A DNA stretch of 64,000 nt from assembly GCA_965225945.1 (NCBI GenBank), contig CBDDBZ010000029.1, positions 64,001 through 128,000 of the forward strand, read 5' to 3'. The notes under the pieces were generated by a model. That model was given only the letters and a program-made list of their open reading frames with translations, ran no database searches and was not told where the DNA came from. Source of the DNA: Alphaproteobacteria bacterium. GTDB taxonomy: Bacteria > Pseudomonadota > Alphaproteobacteria > GCA-2731375. Below, piece by piece: positions 10,515 through 19,861 of this stretch (position 1 is its first letter; each line of letters starts with the position of its first letter). The position numbers and the translations under genes were made by a program.

Positions 10515-11660
10515 CTACCAAAGCGTTTCGCTCGCCCGCCGCGCGCCCTCGACCAGGCTCGAAAGCTTGGCCCAGACGATGTCGGGGAAGACGTTCGGAT
10601 AGCCGGCGAAGGTCGCGAAGCCGCAATCAGTGCCGGCGATCACCCGCTCGCGCCCGACCACCTCGGCGAAGCGGCAAATGCGCTGCGCCACCAGCTCCGG
10701 GTGCTCGATGAAGTTGGAGGTGGAATCGACCACGCCGGGGATCAGCACCTTGTCGTCGGGCAGCGGATGGTCCTTGAAGACCGCCCATTCGTGCTCGTGG
10801 CGGGGATTGGCCCCCTCGATCGAGAGGGCCATCGGCCGGGCCCGATAAACGATGTCGATGATCTCGGCGAGCGGCACGTCGTGGTGATGCGGCCCCTCGT
10901 AGTTGCCCCAGCAGAGATGGAGGCGGAGCTTGTCGGCCGGCAGCCCCATGGTGGCGGCGTTCAGGACCTCGACATGGCGCTGGGCGACGGCGCGAAAGCC
11001 CGCGAGGTCGAGATCGCCATGCGCCAGATGGCGGCCCATGGCGAGGTCGGGGCAGTCGATCTGCAGCACCAAGCCGGCCTCGACGATCTCGCGATACTCC
11101 GCCGCCAGGACGCCTGCCAGCGCCTCCAGATAGGCGTCGTGGCTCGGATAGTGGCGGTTGTCGAGGAATATGGTGACGACGCCCGGCGAGGCGGCGTTGA
11201 GGAAGCCCTCGAGCGGCTCGTGGCGGGCCACGGCGGCGGTGAAGAGTTCGATATCGCGCTCTAGCGCCGCCGGGTCCGCCAGCGCCACCTCGGCGATGCA
11301 GCAGGGCCCGCTGGCGGACGGGATGGTGCCGCCGATCTTCACCAGATAGCGGGCGTAGTCGCGATACTCGCGAAGGTCCTGGGCGCCCTTCAGCCGGCCT
11401 TCGCCGCCGAACCCCGAATAGCGGTCCTTGACGTAGGTGGCATAGCTGATCTTGGCTGTCTCGCCGTCGCTCACCGCATCGATGCCGATCTCGACCTGCC
11501 GGCGCACCACCTGCTCGACGGCGGCGCTCACCTGGTCGGCGAAGGCCTCGTCGTCCACCGCTTCGCCGGCCTCGCGCGCCACCAGCAATTTTCTGAGCGC
11601 CTCCGGCCGGGGCAGGCTCCCGACGTGGGTGGTCAGAATGCGGTCTCGGCTGAGCTCCAT
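10515..11660 (-). CDS. Cobalamin-independent methionine synthase II family (single-barrel MetE-like)
   Basis: TTHVGSLPRP, SDGE, HLCWGNYEGPH zinc ligands, GTDCGF. Confidence 0.9.
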   Translation of the reverse strand: MELSRDRILTTHVGSLPRPEALRKLLVAREAGEAVDDEAFADQVSAAVEQVVRRQVEIGIDAVSDGETAKISYATYVKDRYSGFGGEGRLKGAQDLREYRDYARYLVKIGGTIPSASGPCCIAEVALADPAALERDIELFTAAVARHEPLEGFLNAASPGVVTIFLDNRHYPSHDAYLEALAGVLAAEYREIVEAGLVLQIDCPDLAMGRHLAHGDLDLAGFRAVAQRHVEVLNAATMGLPADKLRLHLCWGNYEGPHHHDVPLAEIIDIVYRARPMALSIEGANPRHEHEWAVFKDHPLPDDKVLIPGVVDSTSNFIEHPELVAQRICRFAEVVGRERVIAGTDCGFATFAGYPNVFPDIVWAKLSSLVEGARRASETLW

Positions 11661-11851
11661 GCCATCCTCCCCAGGCGCCTCGGCGCCGGCATTCTAAGGC
11701 CAATCGCCTCGGTGCTCCTATAGTGCCGTACGACCCCGTGGAACCGCCGGCACGTCGCGAGGCACGGCGGACATGCGCCGTCGGTGCCGGCTCGATCAAT
11801 GCGGCGGTGGTCGGGAGAATATCGGTCGAGGTCGTCTTGTGCGATGCTGCG

Positions 11852-12934
11852 CTAGTGTACCGACTCTAACGCCTGTCGCCCACGAGCGACTTTTTCGAGT
11901 ATGGCGGTGGCGGAAGCGGTCCATACGAAGGGTTTTGGATCGGCATTGTGGTGCTCGAGGTATTCCTGAATGGCTGTTTCGAGTTCGGCGACGCTCCTGA
12001 ACACGCCGCAACGGATTTGATCGCTGGTGATCAGGCTGAAGAAGCGTTCGACCTGGCTGAGCCAGGAGGCGGATGTCGGAGTGAAGTGCATATGGAAGCG
12101 AGGATGTTTTGCCAACCACGCCTTGACCTTGGGATGCTTGTGGGTGGCGTAGTTGTCGGCGATCAGATGCAGGTCGAGCTTCTTGGGCGTCTCGGCGTCG
12201 ATACGGCGCAGGAATTTCAGCCATTCCTGATGGCGGTGCCGCTTCATGCAGTGGCCGATGACCTTGCCGGTGGCGACGTCGAGCGCGGCGAACAATGTCG
12301 TCGTGCCGTGGCGCTTGTAGTCATGCGTCATGGTGCCGGCTCGGCCCTTCTTGATCGGCAAGCCGGGCTGTGTGCGGTCGAGCGCCTGGATCTGGCTCTT
12401 CTCGTCGACCGAGAGAACCAGCGCCTTGTCCGGCGGATCGAGATAGAGACCGACGATATCGCGCACCTTCTCGACGAAGTGCTCGTCATTCGACAGCTTG
12501 AAGGTCTTCACCAGGTGCGGCTTGAGGCCGTGCGCCTTCCAGATCCGCTGCACGCTGGTGTAGCTGAGGCCGACGGCACGGGCCATCTTGCGGATGCTCC
12601 AATGCGTCGCCGCCTCCGGCGTCTCGTGCAAGGTCTTATGCACAACCCGCTCGATCACCTCGGCGCTCAGCGGCGGCTTGCGTCCCGGTCGCGTCGCATC
12701 GCGGCGCAGTCCGGCGATGCCTTTGGCAAGGTAGCGCTCCTGCCAGCGCCACACCGTCACCTTACTTTTGCCGACCAACCGGACGATCGTCATCGTGCCG
12801 ATCCCGTCAGCCGACAGCAACACTATCCGTGCCCGCCAAACCAGCTTCTGCGGCGTGTTCCGCCCAGAAACCAACCCTTCCAGCGTCGCCCGCTCCGCGG
12901 GAGACAGCCAGATGCATGCCAATGTCTTCGTCAT
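11852..12934 (-). CDS. IS630-family transposase
   Basis: N-terminal HTH, SVDEKSQIQAL, HDYKRHGTTTLFAAL, DNYATHK, SWLSQVERFF. Confidence 0.95.
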   Translation of the reverse strand: MTKTLACIWLSPAERATLEGLVSGRNTPQKLVWRARIVLLSADGIGTMTIVRLVGKSKVTVWRWQERYLAKGIAGLRRDATRPGRKPPLSAEVIERVVHKTLHETPEAATHWSIRKMARAVGLSYTSVQRIWKAHGLKPHLVKTFKLSNDEHFVEKVRDIVGLYLDPPDKALVLSVDEKSQIQALDRTQPGLPIKKGRAGTMTHDYKRHGTTTLFAALDVATGKVIGHCMKRHRHQEWLKFLRRIDAETPKKLDLHLIADNYATHKHPKVKAWLAKHPRFHMHFTPTSASWLSQVERFFSLITSDQIRCGVFRSVAELETAIQEYLEHHNADPKPFVWTASATAILEKVARGRQALESVH

Positions 12935-12993
12935 TCCCCCAGAATCGCAGAACGCAAGCCCTTTGGGAAACTTTTGTTAGGATCGGAACACTA
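11853..12993 (-). mobile_element. IS630-family insertion sequence
   Basis: Imperfect TIRs TAGTGTACCGACTCTAAC / TAGTGTTCCGATCCTAAC; CTAG (TA target) at 11852-11855 and 12991-12994; encloses the transposase. Confidence 0.92.
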
Positions 12994-13300
12994 GGTCTAG
13001 GAGGACGACTTGGCGGAAAAAAAGATCGCGCGCAAGCTGACCACGATCCTCGCCGCCGATGTCGCGGGGTATACGCGCCTCATGCGCGCGGACGAAGAAG
13101 CGACGCTCGAGACCCTCGGCGAGTATCGCAATATATTTTACGATTTGATCGCCCGCCATGACGGCCGCGTCTTCAACACGGGCGGCGACAGCGTGCTGGC
13201 CGAGTTCGCCAGCGCGGTCGAGGCGGTGCGCTGCGCCAATTCATGTCAGGAAGAGATTTCAAGCCGCAACGCCGAGCTGGCGGACGACCGAAGATTGATG

Positions 13301-14162
13301 CTTCGCCTATCCGCCGTTAGCAGGGCACTTCCACACCCAGGGCTATATGTAGCGTGCCGCACCCATTTTCAGCTGAGCTGAAAGCTCGGTCCGCAGGCCG
13401 AAGCGGAGATATCTCGCGGCGAGAGGCCGAGCAGCCTTGGACTCGGACGGCATTGTAGCGCCTTTTAGGCGCGCCCTTTAGCAGGTGGTGTCCGAAATCC
13501 TAATCATTGAGCGGATTTGGCGAAAACGCCACGTTGCATAAAGGACCGTCACTTCATTGAAATTTATCTGAAATCGGAGGTCGCAACGCCGCCGATGGAA
13601 CCGTCTTCCTTCGCCAGCGAGGAAATCAGAGCTTCATGTGGTGCAAATTGTAGGATTCGAGTGCCGGATTATTCACAAATAGCTCTGTGAACTGGTTTTC
13701 AAGCCGCAGACCCCGCGCAATACGTCATATGAAGTAAACGGATTGAGGATCACGGGTTCCACACCAAGCTGTCGGCTTCGTCTTCGCCCTGCGACTCAAA
13801 ACGCGCAGGAGACTAACAGGCGCGGACGGCCTCGCGCTTCGCTACGATTCGTGCCAGCGCGCGCGCTTTCTTCGACCTGGTGCCGTCAATCGCCCAGACG
13901 ATGACGTTTCATCAGCAGCTTCCCGTCTGGCATACGTGGGTTGAGCCTTCGTTTTTCGCGCGCAAGGTCGCCACCGTTCCGTCCCCCGATGTTAAGTACG
14001 TGACGTGCGGACGAAAAGCCGGTTCGGCGAGTATCAGAACAATCAAGAATTCGCCCGCCATGATCGCCTCCTCAACGGGCGCCTGCGCCGGCCCTTCGCC
14101 TGCAGTCCAAGGAGACACACTACATATAGTGAAGTGTGGGTCAATAACCGGATAGGCAAGAC
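13301..14162. mobile_element. Transposase-free insertion cassette (MITE/MIC-like, possibly IS1595/ISSod11-type ends)
   Basis: Flanked by direct repeat GATTGATG (13293-13300, 14163-14170); inverted GCCTATCCG near both ends; removal restores the cyclase reading frame. Confidence 0.75.
13912..14061 (-). CDS. Possible 49-aa passenger ORF inside the cassette
   Basis: ATG preceded by a strong GAGGAGG RBS; no recognisable homology. Confidence 0.3.
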   Translation of the reverse strand: MAGEFLIVLILAEPAFRPHVTYLTSGDGTVATLRAKNEGSTHVCQTGSC

Positions 14163-15229
14163 GATTGATGTTTCGCATCGGCGTCAATGTCGGCGACGTC
14201 ATGATCAAGGATGGCGATCTGTACGGCGACGGCGTCAATGTGGCGGCGCGGCTGGAAGGCCTGGCCGAGGCCGGCGGCGTCTACATCTCGGGCAGCGTGT
14301 TCGAGTAGGTCAAGCACAAGCTGTCGCTCGGCTTCGAAGACATGGGCGAGCAGAAAGTCAAGAACATTGCCGAGCCCGTCTCCGCCTACCGGCTGGTGCC
14401 GGTTCGGGTTTCAAAGTTGGCGGGGGCGACAGCAGTTACGAAGCTGAGCATCAAGAGACGTTGGCGAGGGTTGGCCATGGCCGCGGCGGCGGTGGTCGTC
14501 ATCGCCGCCGCTGGGCTAACGGTCTGGCGGCTGTGGGAGCCTGAGACAGAGCCGGCATCGGTCGAAAATATGGCTTTCCCCTTGCCGGACAAACCATCCA
14601 TCGCCGTGCTGCCCTTTACCAACATGTCCGACGACCCGGCGCAGGAATACTTTGTCGACGGCATAACCGAAGACTTGATCACGGATTTATCCAAGCTGTC
14701 CGGTTTGTTCGTCATCGCCCGGAATTCGACGTTAGTATACAAGGGCACAGCCGTGAAGGTGCGGCAGGTCGCCGAGGCGCTCGGCGTTCGCTACGTGTTG
14801 GAGGGGAGCGTACGGCGTGTCGGCGACCAGGTGCGAATTAACGCCCAACTCATCGACGCCGTGACCGGCGGGCATTTGTGGGCGGAGCGCTACGATGGGA
14901 CCTTGGCCAACGTCTTCGCGTTGCAGGACAAGGTCACCGAAAACATCGTTGCCGCATTGGCGCTGAAACTGACGGGCAGCGAACAAGCCGAGGTCGGTCG
15001 TATCGAGACCTCGAATGTCGACGCTCGTGAAGCCTTCCAGATCGGTTGGGAGCATTATCTCCGGCAAACTGTCGATGATATCGTCAAGGCAGTACCCTAT
15101 TTAGAGAAGGCGGTTCAATTCGACCCAAATTACGGCCGCGCCTATGGTGCCCTCGCTTTGGTCTATATGAACGGTTGCACATGGGGCTACAGCGAGCTGC
15201 TGGGAGTGGGTTGTGCGCAAGCACGCCTA

Positions 15230-16402
15230 ATACCAATTGGCCTTGAGGGAGACTCACTTTGAGGATTCCCATGGTGGATGATTTCTGACTCAATTCCGGT
15301 GATTCGGAGTTGAGGAGGTTCACCATGGGAGCGGCGATCGGGTTACGAGAGGATTTCGATGCGGCGGAGCTGCGTCGCTTGGCGAAGCTTTCCAAGGATG
15401 CCGGCCAGAGCCGCCGGCTCTTGGCTCTCGCGGTGATCTATGACGGTGGGCGGCGGACGGATGCGGCACGGACCGGCCACGTGGGGCTTCAGGTGATCCG
15501 AGATTGGGTGTTGCATTTCAACGCCGAGGGCCCGGACGGCTTGATCGATCGCAAGGCGCCCGGTGCGGTGGCGAAGCTCGACGATGCACAACGCCAGGCG
15601 CTGGGGGCACGCGTCGATGCGGGGCCGAACCCGGCGGTCGACGGCGTGGTGCGCTGGCGGCTGAAGGATCTGGCGGGCTGGATCCGGGATATGTTCGCGA
15701 TCTCGCTCGACGAGACCACGGTGAGCCGGGAATTGAAGGCGATGGGCTTCACGAAGATGACGGCGCGTCCGCGCCACCATGCCCAGGAGGAGGCGTCATC
15801 GAGGATTTTAAAAAAAATTCCCCGAGCTGGTGGCACAAGCCCGCCGGCGCCTGCCCGACGGCACCGAGATAGAAATCTGGTGGCAGGACGAAGCCCGTGT
15901 CGGCCAGAAGAACAAGATCACTCGGCGCTGGGCGCGGCGCGGAACCCGGCCCCGCGCACCGCATGACCAGCGCACCAAATCAGCCTATATCTTCGGCGCC
16001 ATCTGTCCCGAACGCGGCGTCGGCGCCGCCCTCGTGCTCCCCCACTGCGACACCCAGGCCATGCAGCTGCATCTGGAGGAGATCTCCTCCCGGGTAGGCG
16101 CGCGCGCGCATGCCCTCCTGCTCCTCGATCAGGCGGGTTGGCACACCACGGACAAGCTGAAGATCCCCGCCAACGTTACCCTCCTGCCCCTGCCACCACG
16201 CTCGCCGGAGCTCAATCCGACCGAAAACATCTGGCAGTTCATGCGCGACAACTGGCTGTCCAACTTGGTCTTCCAATCCGACGAGCAGATCATCACCTCC
16301 TGCTGCGAAGCCTGGAACAAGCTCATCGATCAACCATGGAACATCACGTCCATCGGGCGGCGTAAATGGGCGCATGAGTTCTGATTAATGCCGATTGGTA
16401 TA
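15230..16402 (+). mobile_element. IS630-family insertion sequence (two-ORF, frameshifting type)
   Basis: TIRs ATACCAATTGGCCTTGA / ATACCAATCGGCATTAA, TA duplicated; removing 1173 bp rejoins ...ARL|RSIEY in frame. Confidence 0.92.
15325..16384 (+). CDS. IS630 transposase split into HTH part and DDE part at a TTTTAAAAAAAA tract; possibly inactivated
   Basis: orfA RRLLALAVIYDG...DGVVRWRL; orfB WWQDEARVGQKN, LDQAGWH, SPELNPTENIW. Confidence 0.85.
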
Positions 16403-17344
16403 AGGTCGATCGAGTATCTACGAAAAGCCGAGGAATTTCCGACGTCACTTGCAAACGTGGCCGCTTCGCGATTCTATCTGTGGAACAACAGGCACGATGA
16501 TGGTTTGGCTGCCGCCGCGCGTGCCCTCGCTCTCGGTCCGAACGATCCTGAAGTTCATCTGGCGATGGCCTGGGCTCTTATAACGACCGGCAGGCCGGAG
16601 GATGGCATTACCTCCATCGAAACGGCGATGCGCCTCGACCCGCGCTACCCGAGCCATTATTCGAAAGCGCTCGGCGTGGCGCATTTTGCCGCGGGCCGCT
16701 TGGAAGAGGCTGCGCGCGTGCTGGCGAACGCTCTCGAGCGCAATCCGTCGGCAATCGCATTGGCTCCGCCGCTGGCTGCGACCTACGCTCGCCTTGGTCG
16801 GAGAAAACAGGCTCGGGCAGCGCTAGACATATGGCTAGGCAAATGGGAGGCGGACGCGACTGCCGCGACACCGGGGAGAAAAATGATACTGTACAGCCTA
16901 CCCTTCAAGTGGGCCGCCGACCACAGGAGGTTCAGGGAGCAGTTTATCGACGGCGTGAACCTGGCGTTGCTACCTCAGGATCTCACGATTGAAGTTCTCG
17001 TGGCTTCGCTGAAGAACGAAAACGTCGCAGAGCGCCGGGACGCGGCGAGGAAAATCGGGCTGTTCGGTCCTTTGGCGAAGGATGCGGTGCCGGCCCTCAT
17101 AGAAGCATTGAAAGACGGGAGCCTCTTCGTTCGCAAAGATGCCGTTTGGACGCTGGGCAAGATCGGTCCGATGGCGAAGAGTGCGGTCCCGGCGCTCGAG
17201 AACGCATTGGAGGATCCAATCGTCCGGTCACGCGCGGAAGAGGCATTGAAGAGAATTACCGGCGAGTGACAGGACAATCCGAGAGCGAATCCGGCGCTAA
17301 TTCGATACGGGAGATCGCTGACCGGCGAGACCGGAGGAGATGGC

Positions 17345-17929
17345 ATGAAACCTCGAGGCGCGTGGCGACGGCGCCTCGCCGCCTTGGTGGTGGCGATCTT
17401 TTTCGCCGGTCCGGCGACGGCGGGAGACGCCGCCGGGCCGATGCGCCCGCCCGGCGCGCACGCCGACTATCCCCTGCCGCCGCCTTCCGACAAACGGCTG
17501 TTCTTCCTGCAGCGCTCCTCCAACGCCAACACCGTGGTCTACGATGCGCGCCTCGGCGTCGACGGTGGCCTCGATCCCGAGCGCCCGGTCGAGGTCTATT
17601 GGCTCCGCTACAACACCTCGGGCGAGCGGCGAGCGCTCAGTTTCCTGGAGCGGCATTTCGCCTACGGCGTTACCTCGCGGCCGGACCCGACATGGAAGGG
17701 GGTCTATCTCGCCCGCGTCGCGGCATTGGAGGGCCGGCGCTTCCGCGTTGCCCTGGACCAGACGGGCCGACCCCGGGCCGAACTCGACATCGCCGGGCGG
17801 CCGGCGCGGCTGCAATTGGTCTATGTTGCGCTTGACGGCAAGGGCGCCTTCGCGGAGGTTCGCCACGTCGATCTCCATGGCGAGGACCTCGGCTCCGGCG
17901 CCCCGGTGCACGAGCGAATCGTGCCCTGA
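17345..17929 (+). CDS. Secreted DUF4833-like protein
   Basis: Signal peptide; LFFLQRSSNANTVVYD, PVEVYWLRY, LSFLERHFAYGV resemble DUF4833. Confidence 0.65.
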   Translation: MKPRGAWRRRLAALVVAIFFAGPATAGDAAGPMRPPGAHADYPLPPPSDKRLFFLQRSSNANTVVYDARLGVDGGLDPERPVEVYWLRYNTSGERRALSFLERHFAYGVTSRPDPTWKGVYLARVAALEGRRFRVALDQTGRPRAELDIAGRPARLQLVYVALDGKGAFAEVRHVDLHGEDLGSGAPVHERIVP

Positions 17930-17967
17930 GGCGGAGGCCGGGCCCCGCCCGATGTCCGAGCGAAGCC

Positions 17968-18717
17968 ATGTCCAGCGCCCACCCGCCCCGCCTCGCCGAC
18001 ATCGTCGCCGCCTACAAGGCCTCGAAGTCGGCCGAGGAGTTACGCGGCGAATGGGGCGCGGTGCTGCTCTACCGGCCACTCTCCTTCGTGCTGACGCCGC
18101 CGCTGATCCGCCTCGGCCTCGGCGCCACCACGGTGACCGCGATCTCCTGCCTGCTGGCGCTGGCACTGCCGTTCGTGGCGCTCGGCCTCGGGCCGATCTG
18201 GCTGGCCGTCGCGGGTTTCGTCTTCTCGGTGCTCGACTGTGTCGACGGCAACATCGCGCGGGCCACCGGCACCACCAGCCGGCGCGGCCGATACGCCGAC
18301 TTCGTCACCGACGTGGTCTACCGGGCGGCGATGTATCTCTCGATCGGCCTGCTGCTGGCGCCGGGCGCGGTGGCGGGCTGGTGGCCCTTGGGCGGCGGGC
18401 CGGGCCTCGGGCTCGCGGCGGCGCTGCTGGCGCTGGCGGCACGGCTTTCCCGGGTCTATGTCGAGCACGCGATGGGGGCCGACAATCCCTACGAGGCCCC
18501 CCTCGAGGTCTCGCTCGAGGGGCCGGCGCCGGGACCGCTCGCCCGCCTCGCCGCTTTCGCCTTTCCCGTGCTCAGCGGCATCGATCCCCTGCTGCCGGTG
18601 CTGGTGCTGGCGGCCGGTCTCCTCGGCGGCCTCGAATGGGTGCTGATCTGGCTGCTCGCTTATTCCGCCCTGGACTTTTTCTATACCCAGGTCGAGATCC
18701 TGCGCGGCCTCGAGTGA
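17968..18717 (+). CDS. CDP-alcohol phosphatidyltransferase family membrane protein
   Basis: DCVDGNIAR...SRRGRYADFVTD = DxxDGxxAR...GxxxDxxxD signature; multiple TM segments. Confidence 0.88.
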   Translation: MSSAHPPRLADIVAAYKASKSAEELRGEWGAVLLYRPLSFVLTPPLIRLGLGATTVTAISCLLALALPFVALGLGPIWLAVAGFVFSVLDCVDGNIARATGTTSRRGRYADFVTDVVYRAAMYLSIGLLLAPGAVAGWWPLGGGPGLGLAAALLALAARLSRVYVEHAMGADNPYEAPLEVSLEGPAPGPLARLAAFAFPVLSGIDPLLPVLVLAAGLLGGLEWVLIWLLAYSALDFFYTQVEILRGLE

Positions 18718-18724
18718 GGGCGCG

Positions 18725-19861
18725 GTGAAGATCGCCATCGTCTGCCCCTACGACATCCACCGCCCGGGCGGCGTGCAGGCGCATATCCTCGACTGCGCCA
18801 CGCACATGAGCGGGCTCGGCCACGCGGTCCGGATCATCGCCCCAGGCCCGGCGCCAGAGGCAAGCGACGACGCGCGAATCCTCCATTTCGGCGCCTCCCG
18901 AGGCATCACCTTCAACGAGACCTATTTCGAGCTCTCGATCGCGCGAGGGGAGCAACTCGCAGCCCTCCGGCGCATGCTCGAGCGCGAAGCTTTCGACGTC
19001 CTGCACTTCCACACCATCTGGACGCCGCTCCTGAGCTTGCAGATCCTGCGCCTGTCCAAGACGGCGAACGTCGCCACCTTCCACGACACGCCCCCCGACA
19101 GCTTCAGCGGACGGATGACGAAGCAATTCTTCCGGCTCGCCAGCCACTATCTGATGCGCAAGCTCGATCGCGCGATCGCGGTCTCCGAATCGCCGGCGCG
19201 CCACCTCGTGCCGCTGCCGGGGCGGGAGCCGGTGATCCTGCCGCCTTGCATCGACTATTCCCCCTACCTGGCCGAGCCCGCCCCGATGCCCGGCTACGAC
19301 GACGACAAGGTGGTCTTGCTGTACCTCGGTCGGCTGGAGCAGCGGAAGGGCGTCTTCGTGCTGCTGGAGGCTTACCGGCGCCTGCTGCGCGACGGTGCTC
19401 ACGTCCGGCTGATCGTCGCCGGGGCGGGCGACGATCGCCCCCGGATCGAGGCCTTCGTCGAAACCCATGCGCTGCCCGACGTCGACCTGGTCGGCCGGGT
19501 CGGGGAAGAAGACAAGCCGCGCTGGTACGCCACGGCGGATATTTTCTGTTCCCCCGCCGTCGGCGGCGAGAGCTTCGGCATCGTGCTCGTGGAGGCGATG
19601 GCGAGCGGCAAGGCGGTGGTCGCGGCCCGCAATACCGGCTACGCGAGCGTGCTGACGGGCCCCGCCGCCGCCTTTCTCGCGGCACCGGGCGACGCCGGCG
19701 ATCTGCGCGACAAGCTCGCCCGCCTGATCGGCGATTCCGGGCGCCGGGCGGAGCTCGGCGTCTGGGGCCGCGAGGAGGCCATGCGCCACGACGTCACGGC
19801 GGTGGTGCCGGAGTTGCTCGCGATCTACGAGACGGCGATAAGAAAGCGCCTCAGCGGGTGA
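18725..19861 (+). CDS. GT4 glycosyltransferase, PimA (phosphatidylinositol mannosyltransferase)-like
   Basis: MKIAIVCPYD...PGGVQAH, VATFH, GRLEQRKG, GGESFGIVLVEAMA. Confidence 0.85.
   Translation: MKIAIVCPYDIHRPGGVQAHILDCATHMSGLGHAVRIIAPGPAPEASDDARILHFGASRGITFNETYFELSIARGEQLAALRRMLEREAFDVLHFHTIWTPLLSLQILRLSKTANVATFHDTPPDSFSGRMTKQFFRLASHYLMRKLDRAIAVSESPARHLVPLPGREPVILPPCIDYSPYLAEPAPMPGYDDDKVVLLYLGRLEQRKGVFVLLEAYRRLLRDGAHVRLIVAGAGDDRPRIEAFVETHALPDVDLVGRVGEEDKPRWYATADIFCSPAVGGESFGIVLVEAMASGKAVVAARNTGYASVLTGPAAAFLAAPGDAGDLRDKLARLIGDSGRRAELGVWGREEAMRHDVTAVVPELLAIYETAIRKRLSG

Larger units (their letters stand above)
13010..17269 (+). pseudogene. Class III adenylate/guanylate cyclase - TM - TolB-like - TPR - HEAT protein, interrupted
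   Basis: RKLTTILAADVAGYTRLM and GDSVLAEF (13010-13300) continue as FRIGVNVGDV...GDGVNVAARLE from 14171; in-frame TAG at 14306; PSIAVLPF domain; IS630 at 15230-16402; TPR and HEAT repeats to 17269. Confidence 0.9.

Noticed and set aside
14116-14131. NrdR-box-like palindrome CACACTACATATAGTG
   Set aside because: Part of the cassette's inverted end (mirrored at 13343); no ribonucleotide reductase gene nearby.
13301-14162. Group II intron as explanation for the cyclase insertion
   Set aside because: No GUGYG 5' end or recognisable domain V on either strand and no RT; target duplication and inverted ends point to a transposon-type insert.
14306-14308. In-frame TAG as possible pyrrolysine or readthrough codon
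   Set aside because: Gene is also broken by insertions and no pyl machinery is visible; a simple nonsense mutation (probably CAG to TAG) is more economical.
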